NCBI GenBank assembly: GCA_025455865.1
Contig: JALOLS010000076.1
Coordinates: forward strand, 1 to 24,000
Length of the DNA: 24,000 nt
Direction of reading: 5' to 3'
From: Thermoleophilia bacterium
GTDB taxonomy: Bacteria; Actinomycetota; Thermoleophilia; Miltoncostaeales; Miltoncostaeaceae
The notes under the pieces are model-generated. The model had not been told where the DNA came from. It searched no databases and saw only the letters and a program-made list of their open reading frames with translations. Below are positions 14,654 to 21,369 of the stretch, piece by piece. The translations under genes and the position numbers were made by a program. How positions within the stretch are numbered: the stretch's first letter is position 1; every line of letters starts with the position of its first letter.

Positions 14654-15699
14654 TCGCGCCGCTGATCGCCGCGGCGCTCGCCGCGGTGCCCGGACCCGCG
14701 CCGGCCGACCTGACCGCCCGCCAGCTCGCCGGGCAGCGGGTGGTCACGCCCTTCGCCGGGACCACGCCGCCGGGGTCCCTGCTCGCCCGGGTGCGCCGGG
14801 GCGAGATCGGCGGGGTCATCCTGTTCGGCGCCAACGTGCGGAGCGTGGCCCAGACCCGCCGGATGGTCCGCCGCCTGCAGGCCGAGCCCCGGCCCCGCGG
14901 CCTGCCGCCCCTCCTGGTCATGGTCGACCAGGAGGGGGGCCTGGTGAAGCGCCTGCCCGGGCCGCCGACGCGCTCGGCCGCCGCGATGGGCCGCACCGGC
15001 CGGCGCGCGCTCGCCGCCGGGGAGGGCCGGGCCACCGGACGCCTGCTGCGGGCCGCCGGCGCCAACGTGAACCTGGCCCCGGTCCTGGACGTGGCCCGCC
15101 CGGGGACCACCATGGACCGCACCGGCCGGGCCTTCGGCGGCCGACCGGCGCTGGTCACCCGCATGGGCGTGGCGTTCGCCCAGGGGCTCGAGGCGACCGG
15201 GGTCGCGGCCACCGCCAAGCACTTCCCCGGCCTCGGCGCCGCCCCGGTGAACACCGACGACGCCGCGGTGCGGATCGGCGTGTCGCTCGCGACGCTCCGC
15301 CGGGTGGACGAGGCCCCCTTCCGGGCGGCCATCCAGCGGCGCGCGGTGCGGCTGGTGATGCTGAGCAGCGCCGTCTACCCGGCGCTCGACCCGGTCCGGC
15401 CGGCCACCCTCTCACCGCGCATCGCGCGCTCCGAGCTGCGCGGGCGCCTGGGCTTCGGCGGGGTCACGATCACCGACGCCCTCGACACCCCCGCCATCGC
15501 CCCCTACGGGAACACCGCCCGGGTGGCGCGCCGCGCGGCCGGCGCCGGTGCGGACCTGCTGCTGTACGCGGGCACCGAGACGACCGCCGGCCAGGCGGTC
15601 GACGCCCTCGCGCGCGCCTACGGGTCCGGCGCCCTGCCGCGGGCGGACTTCCGCGCCGCGGTGGCCCGGGTGCTCGCGCTGCGCCGGTCGATCGGATAG
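14650..15699 (+). CDS. Glycoside hydrolase family 3 N-terminal-domain protein (NagZ-like beta-N-acetylhexosaminidase)
   Basis: 349 aa. GTG at 14650 overlaps the upstream stop (GTGA). Motifs: GGVILFGANV, VMVDQEGGLVKRL, NVNLAPVLDV, AKHFPGLG. Confidence 0.8.
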   Translation: MIAPLIAAALAAVPGPAPADLTARQLAGQRVVTPFAGTTPPGSLLARVRRGEIGGVILFGANVRSVAQTRRMVRRLQAEPRPRGLPPLLVMVDQEGGLVKRLPGPPTRSAAAMGRTGRRALAAGEGRATGRLLRAAGANVNLAPVLDVARPGTTMDRTGRAFGGRPALVTRMGVAFAQGLEATGVAATAKHFPGLGAAPVNTDDAAVRIGVSLATLRRVDEAPFRAAIQRRAVRLVMLSSAVYPALDPVRPATLSPRIARSELRGRLGFGGVTITDALDTPAIAPYGNTARVARRAAGAGADLLLYAGTETTAGQAVDALARAYGSGALPRADFRAAVARVLALRRSIG

Positions 15700-15710
15700 G
15701 GGAGGACGGG

Positions 15711-16124
15711 ATGGGCGAGACGTTCGCGGTGGAGGTCCGGATCGAGGCCCCGGCGGCGGCGGTGTGGGCGGTCATCGGCGATCCGGAGGCCGTGCCGCGC
15801 TGGTACCCGACCTACGTGCGCAGCACCGTCGCCGGCGATGTGCGCACGCTGGAGCGGGCCGACGGGGTGGTGCTGCAGGAGCGCCTGCTGGAGCGCGACG
15901 ACGCCGGGATGAGCTACGCGTACACCGTCACCGGCGGGCTCCCCCTGCGTGAGCACCGCGCGAGCTTCACCGTGGTCCCCGACGGCGACGGCGCCCGGGT
16001 GGTCTGGCGCACCCACGCCGTCCACCGGGACCCCGGGGTGGACATGGAGGCGCGCCTGGCCGACCGCCAGCGCGAGGCGCTCGCCGGCCTCAAGGCCCTG
16101 GTGGAGGGCTCAGCCCAGGGTTGA
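15711..16124 (+). CDS. SRPBCC (START/polyketide cyclase-dehydrase-like) superfamily protein
   Basis: ATG at 15711 is preceded by GGGGAGGA (15699-15706). The product is 137 aa: MGETFAVEVRIEAPAAAVWAVIGDPEAVPRWYP...YAYTVTGGLPLREHRASFTV. Confidence 0.8.
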   Translation: MGETFAVEVRIEAPAAAVWAVIGDPEAVPRWYPTYVRSTVAGDVRTLERADGVVLQERLLERDDAGMSYAYTVTGGLPLREHRASFTVVPDGDGARVVWRTHAVHRDPGVDMEARLADRQREALAGLKALVEGSAQG

Positions 16125-16331
16125 GCGCAGCCACCGCGCGGCGGCCAGGGTCTCGGCCGCCGTGCGCACGGGGCGGGCCGGGGCCGGGGCCCGCCAGCCC
16201 GGGGCGCGGGTCACCGCGTTCCCGCCGATCAGGATCGCCACGCCGGGCAGGGCGCCGGCGAGCGCGGGCACCTGCGCCTCGATGAGATCGAGGTCGGCGC
16301 CGCTCCCGCACGAGACGCCGACCAGCCGCGG
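16110..16331 (-). other. Out-of-frame continuation of the B12-binding Rossmann domain of the GGDEF protein (frameshifted 3' segment)
   Basis: The tail of track ORF 16110..16544 reads PRLVGVSCGSGADLDLIEAQVPALAGALPGVAILIGGNAV...AAETLAAARWL, which is the expected S-x28-GG remainder of a B12-binding domain. It joins LGADT if one C is added to the C3 run at + strand 16330-16332. Confidence 0.65.
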
Positions 16332-17653
16332 GTGTCGGCGCCGAGCACCAGGGGCCGCCAGCCCGCCGCGGCGAGGATCTCGGCGGTGGCGGCGAGGCCC
16401 ACCCGGTGGGCGTTCCCGGTGGCGCAGGCGATCAGCGCGGGCGGGGCCTGGGCGTCCGGGCGGGGCCGGCGTTCGGCCACCAGCCGCTCGGAGAGGCCGG
16501 TCACCAGGTGCTCCTGGCCCACCGAGATGCGCCCGGCCTCCCATCCGTCGCCGACCTCGGTCATCACCGGGACGAGCAGGCGGTCATAGAGCGCCACCGG
16601 CCCGGCGGCGCCCGCCTCGTCGGCCACCGCCCGGAGCGCCGTCTCGTCGGTGGCGAGCGCGGCGCGCAGGTAGCGGTGCCCGAGCGGCCCGATGCCCCCG
16701 CCGCGCCGGGGCGCCCGAGCCGGCGGGCTGCCGGACTCCGCCGCGCGCACCTGATCGCGGCCCCCCTCCTTGGCGGCGTAGAGCGCGGCGTCGGCCGCCG
16801 CCAGCAGGTCGGCGGCGGACCGGCCGGGCACCAGCGAGGCCACGCCGGCCGAGATCGTGACCCGCCCGGCGGGCGGGACCTCGGCCGCGGCGACCGCCGC
16901 GCGGGCGCGCTCGGCCGCGGCGAAGGCGGCCGCGAGATCGGCCTCGGGCAGGATCCAGGCGAACTCCTCGCCCCCGAAGCGGGCCACCACCTCCCCCACC
17001 CGGGCCCGGGCGGCCAGGATGGCGGCCGCCCCGCGCAGCACCGCGTCGCCGCCCAGGTGGCCGAAGCGGTCGTTGACCGCCTTGAAGCGGTCCAGGTCGA
17101 GCAGGGCCAGCGAGAGCGCCCGCCCGTAGCGGCCGGCGCGGGCCACCTCGGCCTCCAGCCGCTCGTCGAAGGCGCGGCGGTTCGGCAGGCCGGTGAGGGC
17201 ATCGGTGGTGGCCCGCTCGCGGCTCGCGATGGCGGCGACGGCCATGGCCGCGGCCTCGGCCAGGTCCGCCAGGGTCGCCTCGGCGCCCGGCGGCGGGGGC
17301 CCGGGGCCGGCGGCCTGGAGCACCCCCCACGCGCCCGCCTCGCCGCGGATGCCGGCCGCGCCCTGCCAGCGCCCGCCGGCCGGCACCAGGCGCACCCCGC
17401 CGGCCGCCGCGACGGCCTGGGCGGCCGGGCCGAGCGCGGTGGCGCCCACCGCCCGGGCGGCGCCGGCCACGGCCTGGGTCACGGGGCGGCCGCCCTCCAC
17501 CCGCACGAGGCTCGCGCGGTCCGCCCCCAGGCGCTCGGCCGCGGTCTGGGCGACCAGCGCCAGCACCCGGGGCGGGGGGGCGCCCTCGACCACGGCGGTG
17601 GCGATCCGGGCGAGGCCCGCCTGGGCGGGCACGGAGGTGGCGTGCCGGTGCAT
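16229..17653 (-). CDS. GAF-like + GGDEF diguanylate cyclase with a C-terminal CarH-type cobalamin-binding module; the reading frame breaks inside the B12 Rossmann domain
   Basis: 474-aa ORF. GGDEF core: LTGLPNRRAF...DLDRFKAVND...RFGGEEFAWIL (GGEEF at nt 16961-16975). Then VGDGWEAGRISVGQEHLV (W-x9-E-H, nt 16508-16543) and ACATGNAHRVGLAATAEILAAAGWRPLVLGADT. The last 33 aa (RGWSASRAG...) look like out-of-frame noise. Confidence 0.8.
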   Translation of the reverse strand: MHRHATSVPAQAGLARIATAVVEGAPPPRVLALVAQTAAERLGADRASLVRVEGGRPVTQAVAGAARAVGATALGPAAQAVAAAGGVRLVPAGGRWQGAAGIRGEAGAWGVLQAAGPGPPPPGAEATLADLAEAAAMAVAAIASRERATTDALTGLPNRRAFDERLEAEVARAGRYGRALSLALLDLDRFKAVNDRFGHLGGDAVLRGAAAILAARARVGEVVARFGGEEFAWILPEADLAAAFAAAERARAAVAAAEVPPAGRVTISAGVASLVPGRSAADLLAAADAALYAAKEGGRDQVRAAESGSPPARAPRRGGGIGPLGHRYLRAALATDETALRAVADEAGAAGPVALYDRLLVPVMTEVGDGWEAGRISVGQEHLVTGLSERLVAERRPRPDAQAPPALIACATGNAHRVGLAATAEILAAAGWRPLVLGADTRGWSASRAGAAPTSISSRRRCPRSPAPCPAWRS

Positions 17654-17685
17654 CAGGGGCCTTCTCGTCCGCTGGCGGCCCCGGC

Positions 17686-17702
17686 TTGACGTCCAGCGTC
17701 AA
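17686..17702. repeat. Perfect palindrome TTGACG-N5-CGTCAA between the anti-sigma stop and the GGDEF gene start
   Basis: Read directly: ttgacg 17686-17691, tccag, cgtcaa 17697-17702. It lies 33 nt upstream of the start codon at 17653 (minus strand). Confidence 0.9.
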
Positions 17703-17709
17703 TCATCGC

Positions 17710-18405
17710 TCAGGGCAGGGGCAGGACGCGGACGACGCTCACCCGCCCGTCGGTGACCTCCAGCACGATCCCCGGCGCCCGGCACACGCTCGCGGTGCAG
17801 GTCGCGCCGGGCAGCAGGCGCACGACGTCGGCCGCGGGGGTCCCCACGCCGATGCCCCGGGCGGTGCGGATGGCCGGGTCCGCGCTCCTCACCTCGGCCA
17901 CCCGGCCGTCGGCGCCGACCCGCACCCCGACGCCCGCGGGGCGGGCGAGGCCGGCGGCGGGCGCCCCCAGCGTGACCGCGCCGATGCCCCGCCCGGGCTC
18001 GACGGTGGGCGGGCCGGTGGCCGGGAGGGGCGCGGCCTCGGGCGCCGCCGCGGCGGCGGGCGGGGACGCGGCGCGGTCGGCGACCCCGGCCTCCCCGGCG
18101 GGGGGCGGCGCGGCCGGCGGGGCGCCGCCGTCGCCGCCGGTCACCGCGACGACCACCAGCACCGTGGCCGCGGCCACCACGGCGACCGGGGCCAGGGTGA
18201 AGGCCAGGCGCCGGCGCCGGCGCGCGGGGCGGACCGTCTCGCGCACCTGCGCGCGCAGCGACGGCGACGGCGCGACCACGGCGGCATCGGCGCGGATGGC
18301 CTCGGCCATCGCGAGCAGCGCGCGCTCCTCCTCATCCTGCGGCCCGTCGCGGCCGTCGACCAGGTCATCGGTGCGGCGGGGGTCCACGGCGTCATCCTCG
18401 CGCAT
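17710..18405 (-). CDS. Putative anti-sigma factor (single-pass membrane protein) cognate to the upstream ECF sigma
   Basis: 231 aa. It overlaps the sigma gene by 14 nt. It has an acidic N-terminal cytoplasmic part, a TM (LAFTLAPVAVVAAATVLVVVAV), a Pro/Ala-rich linker and a small extracytoplasmic domain. Confidence 0.6.
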   Translation of the reverse strand: MREDDAVDPRRTDDLVDGRDGPQDEEERALLAMAEAIRADAAVVAPSPSLRAQVRETVRPARRRRRLAFTLAPVAVVAAATVLVVVAVTGGDGGAPPAAPPPAGEAGVADRAASPPAAAAAPEAAPLPATGPPTVEPGRGIGAVTLGAPAAGLARPAGVGVRVGADGRVAEVRSADPAIRTARGIGVGTPAADVVRLLPGATCTASVCRAPGIVLEVTDGRVSVVRVLPLP

Positions 18406-18940
18406 CGCCCACCTCCCGGCGGAGCTTGGTGAGCGCCCGGTGCAGCAGGCTGGAGCAGGCGGTCGGGCTGATGTCGAGCACCTGCGCGGCCTCGGCGGTG
18501 TCCAGGCCGAGGATCACGCGCAGGGCCACGGCCTCGCGCTCGGCGTCGCTCAGGCGGGCGAGCGCCGCGCGCATGGGCGCCGAGAGGCCGCCGGGCTCGG
18601 CCGGGCCGGGGTCGTGGAGCGGCGTCTCGCTCGCGTAGCGGGTCTCCCGGGCGCGCCGGCGCCCCTCCCGGCGGAAGTGGTCCAGCGCGCGGCTGCGGGC
18701 CACCTGGCAGAGCCAGACCGCCGGGCTCGCCCGCTCGGGGTCATACCGGGACCAGGTGCGCACCGCGGTCTCGAAGGTCGCCGCCGCCAGGTCCTCCGCG
18801 AGCACCGGGTCGCCGACCATGCCGGTCAGGTAGCGCACGACGGTGCCCAGGTGCTGCTCGGCCACCACGGCCAGGTCGGGCCGGGCGGCGCGGGCGCGAC
18901 CGGGCATGGGGAGCCTGAGAGCCATCTCGGCCCCCATCAT
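18392..18940 (-). CDS. ECF (sigma-70 family group 4) RNA polymerase sigma factor
   Basis: 182 aa. Region 2: VVRYLTGMVGDPVLAEDLAAATFETAVRTWSRYDP...AWLCQVARSRALDHFRR. Region 4 HTH: LSDAEREAVALRVILGLDTAEAAQVLDISPTACSSLLHRALTKLR. The start is ambiguous among ATGs at 18940, 18937, 18925 and 18907. Confidence 0.85.
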   Translation of the reverse strand: MMGAEMALRLPMPGRARAARPDLAVVAEQHLGTVVRYLTGMVGDPVLAEDLAAATFETAVRTWSRYDPERASPAVWLCQVARSRALDHFRREGRRRARETRYASETPLHDPGPAEPGGLSAPMRAALARLSDAEREAVALRVILGLDTAEAAQVLDISPTACSSLLHRALTKLRREVGDARG

Positions 18941-19048
18941 CGTCGTTGGCCTGGACGCGTCGCCATCACCCGGTCATCCGCCGCCGCCGGGACGCCCGTC
19001 ACGTGCCCCGTCGCTCGGCTCGGCCCCCGGCGCGCCGATACGCCCATC

Positions 19049-19633
19049 GTGCGCGTGACGCTGAAGAGCCGGGTCCGCCTGGGGCCCGCCGCCGCCGGGT
19101 CCGGCGACCCCGACGTGGCCGCGGTCCGGGCCTACCTGGAGCGGGTGGTCGACGCCCGGGTGGCCGACGTCATGCACCGCTGCCACCTGCCCGCGCCCCG
19201 GGTGGGCGAGATGGTGCGCCAGGGGGTGCTGCGCCTCTCGGTCGGCCTGCGCCGGTGCGAGGCGTGCCGGGCCCCGGTCGCCACCGGGACGCTCTGCCCC
19301 GCCTGCCGCGCGCGCCTGGCCGCGCCGCTGGTGGGGATCGCGGCGCCCGACGCCGAGCCCGAGACCCCGATGAGTCCCGACGAGGCGGCCGCGCAGCGCG
19401 CGATCGCCGTGGTGCGGGCGCTCCGCCACTCGGGCGTGGGCCGGCCCCGCGCGGGCCGCGCGGTGGACGACCCCGACCTCTCCGAGCAGCCCACCGGGCC
19501 GATCCCGGTCATCGCCGTGCGCGCCGAGCCGCCCGCCGACGACCCCGACGCCCCGCCCGACGTGCTCGCCCGATCGCGCATGTGGTCGCGCCTCCGGCGG
19601 TCCGGCGCGGGCCGGCGCGGGCCGGGGATGTGA
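19049..19633 (+). CDS. Hypothetical protein with a CxxC...CxxC zinc ribbon, divergent from the ECF sigma
   Basis: This is the C-terminal about 194 aa of track ORF 17753..19633; the upstream part is antisense to the sigma and anti-sigma genes. GTG at 19049 or 19055. Sequence: AAVRAYLERVVDARVADVMHRCHLPAPRVGEMVRQGVLRLSVGLRRCEACRAPVATGTLCPACRARL. Very high GC3. Confidence 0.5.
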   Translation: MRVTLKSRVRLGPAAAGSGDPDVAAVRAYLERVVDARVADVMHRCHLPAPRVGEMVRQGVLRLSVGLRRCEACRAPVATGTLCPACRARLAAPLVGIAAPDAEPETPMSPDEAAAQRAIAVVRALRHSGVGRPRAGRAVDDPDLSEQPTGPIPVIAVRAEPPADDPDAPPDVLARSRMWSRLRRSGAGRRGPGM

Positions 19634-19764
19634 CGAAAGCGTTTACCGGGGATTCACGCACCGTCAGGAATCCCGCGCTAGCGTCGAAGAGGAAGAGACA
19701 CGACGGGACCGAACACCCCCGGCGCGGCACCCGGCCGCGCAGCAGGAAGGACGAGACGCTGAGC

Positions 19765-20010
19765 ATGAGCCACCATCACCCCGCCCCGCACCGCGACCCC
19801 GAGTCCGAGGGCGTCGTCGCCCACTACAGCCGCGGCGGCTTCGGCCACTACCACCGGCTGGGCTGCCCCGAGGCCCCCCGGCGCGGCCAGGCGGGCATCC
19901 GCGACACCATCCACGGCCCCTGGCGCTATCTGGCCTCCCACTGGTCGCCGTGCCCCCGCTGCCGGCCCCCGGCTCCGGCCGGCGCCGGCCGGCGCCCCGT
20001 CGCCGCCTGA
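19765..20010 (+). CDS. Small (81 aa) His/Cys-rich putative zinc-binding protein
   Basis: ATG at 19765 with AGGAAGGA 12-19 nt upstream. Product: MSHHHPAPHRDPESEGVVAHYSRGGFGHYHRLGCPEAPRRGQAGIRDTIHGPWRYLASHWSPCPRCRPP. Near-uniform GC3. It is the tail of track ORF 18946..20010. Confidence 0.5.
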   Translation: MSHHHPAPHRDPESEGVVAHYSRGGFGHYHRLGCPEAPRRGQAGIRDTIHGPWRYLASHWSPCPRCRPPAPAGAGRRPVAA

Positions 20011-20063
20011 CGGCGCGCCACCACCGGGCCGCTATCGTGGGCGCCGCCCGTCCGGGCGGGCCC

Positions 20064-20136
20064 GCCCTCATCGTCTAGCGGCCTAGGACTCCGCCCTTTC
20101 AAGGCGGCAGCACGGGTTCGAATCCCGTTGAGGGCA
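20064..20136 (+). tRNA. tRNA-Glu (anticodon UUC), 73 nt, CCA not encoded
   Basis: Folded by hand: acceptor GCCCTCA/TGAGGGC, D arm GTCT-AGCGGCCTA-GGAC, anticodon arm CCGCC-CTTTCAA-GGCGG, variable loop CAGC, T arm ACGGG-TTCGAAT-CCCGT, discriminator A. Confidence 0.95.
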
Positions 20137-20221
20137 TGGCGAGCGCCGGTGCCCGCGTCGTCGGCTCACCCGGGAGCCTGCGCCGATGCGCGGGCCGGGT
20201 CGGGCCGACCCAGGGCCGCCC

Positions 20222-21337
20222 TCAGGGCGGGCCGGGCCGGTCGCCCGCAGATGACGACTCCCGCAGGATCTGGCGCCGCAGGATCTCCGCGCCGGTCAGG
20301 GCGAGGGCGGCGAGGAGCAGTACGGCGAACAGGCGCCGGCCTCCGGCGTCGGGCCCCCAGAGCAGGAGCAGCAGGACGACGCCGGCGACCACCGCGTGGA
20401 TCAGCGGCGGGTGGGCCCGGACCGCCGGTGCGACGCCGCGGCGCAGGGCGGTGGCCCAGCGGGTGGGGCCGGCCAGCACGACGCCGGCGAGCAGCACGAG
20501 CCCGAGGACGACGAGCCCGAGGGCGAGATCCCCCAGCAGGCTCGTGCCGATGGCCCACACGGCGGAGCCGGACTCGCGCGTCGAGGCCGTGGTGAGGCTG
20601 TCGACGACGACCTCACCGACGAGGCGGCGCACGACCAGCAGGACGATCCCGATCCCGGTCACGCCGAGCGCCAGGGCGCGCAGGGCCTCACGCCGGAAGC
20701 CCCGTGCCAGTGCCACCGCCAGCACGAGCAGGACGAGCACGGCGAGGAAGGTCAGGACCGAGAGGATCTCGAGCGCCTGGACCGCGGTCTGGGCGGCGGC
20801 GAGCTGGTCGGACTGCACGATCGTGATCTGGCCGGCCTCGGAGTCGGAGGGGGTCACCTCGACGCCGAGCTGCTCGGCCAGGCGCACCACGAGCTCCTGG
20901 AGGTCGAGCACGACGCCGCCGTCGTCGGCCTGGACCGCCCCGTCCTCGTCGCCCTCGAGGATCGCGACGAGGCGCTCGTGGGCCCGGCGGTTGGCCTCCT
21001 CCCAGAGGGCCTGGGTCGCCGGCAGCTGCAGCAGCTCCTCCGCCGCCGTCAGGGCGGCCGAGTACACCAGGCCGGCGGCGGGTCCGGCCAGCGCCTCGAG
21101 CTCCGACGGCAGCGCCTCCTGAAGCTGGGCCTCCACGTCGGTCGCGGAGAAGAGGGCATCGACCAGCTCGACCGCGACCGCCTCACGCACCTCGTCGTTC
21201 TGGAGGAGCTGGGTGGAGGCCTCCACCCAGTTGTCCGTCTCGAGGGCCTGGCGCTTGACCCAGACGCTGAGCGACGAGGCCAGCAGGAGCGCGAGGGCGA
21301 CGCCGAGGACGGTCCACACGATCCAGCGCCGTCCCAT
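20222..21337 (-). CDS. Integral membrane protein, hypothetical (N-terminal TM, soluble acidic middle, about 4 C-terminal TMs)
   Basis: ATG at 21335-21337, 371 aa: MGRRWIVWTVLGVALALLLASSLSVWV...ILSVLTFLAVLVLLVLAVALA...GIGIVLLVV...LALGLVVLGLVLLAGVVLAG...VVAGVVLLLLLW. It is the tail of the 1123-aa track ORF. Confidence 0.65.
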   Translation of the reverse strand: MGRRWIVWTVLGVALALLLASSLSVWVKRQALETDNWVEASTQLLQNDEVREAVAVELVDALFSATDVEAQLQEALPSELEALAGPAAGLVYSAALTAAEELLQLPATQALWEEANRRAHERLVAILEGDEDGAVQADDGGVVLDLQELVVRLAEQLGVEVTPSDSEAGQITIVQSDQLAAAQTAVQALEILSVLTFLAVLVLLVLAVALARGFRREALRALALGVTGIGIVLLVVRRLVGEVVVDSLTTASTRESGSAVWAIGTSLLGDLALGLVVLGLVLLAGVVLAGPTRWATALRRGVAPAVRAHPPLIHAVVAGVVLLLLLWGPDAGGRRLFAVLLLAALALTGAEILRRQILRESSSAGDRPGPP

Positions 21338-21369
21338 GATGCGGGCCGCAGCGCCGTGCGACGCGCCGG

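Noticed and set aside
17753-19048. 5' two-thirds of the 626-aa plus ORF, and the other long plus ORFs in 16400-18430.
   Set aside because: They are antisense to the GGDEF, anti-sigma and ECF sigma genes and have low-complexity Ala/Arg/Gly/Pro composition.
20196-20240. Short GC hairpin (CCGCCC-tca-GGGCGG) around the membrane-protein stop codon, considered as a bidirectional terminator between the tRNA and the convergent gene.
   Set aside because: - The stem is only 6 bp and the loop 3 nt.
- There is no U/A tract on either side.
- It is indistinguishable from background GC-rich self-complementarity.
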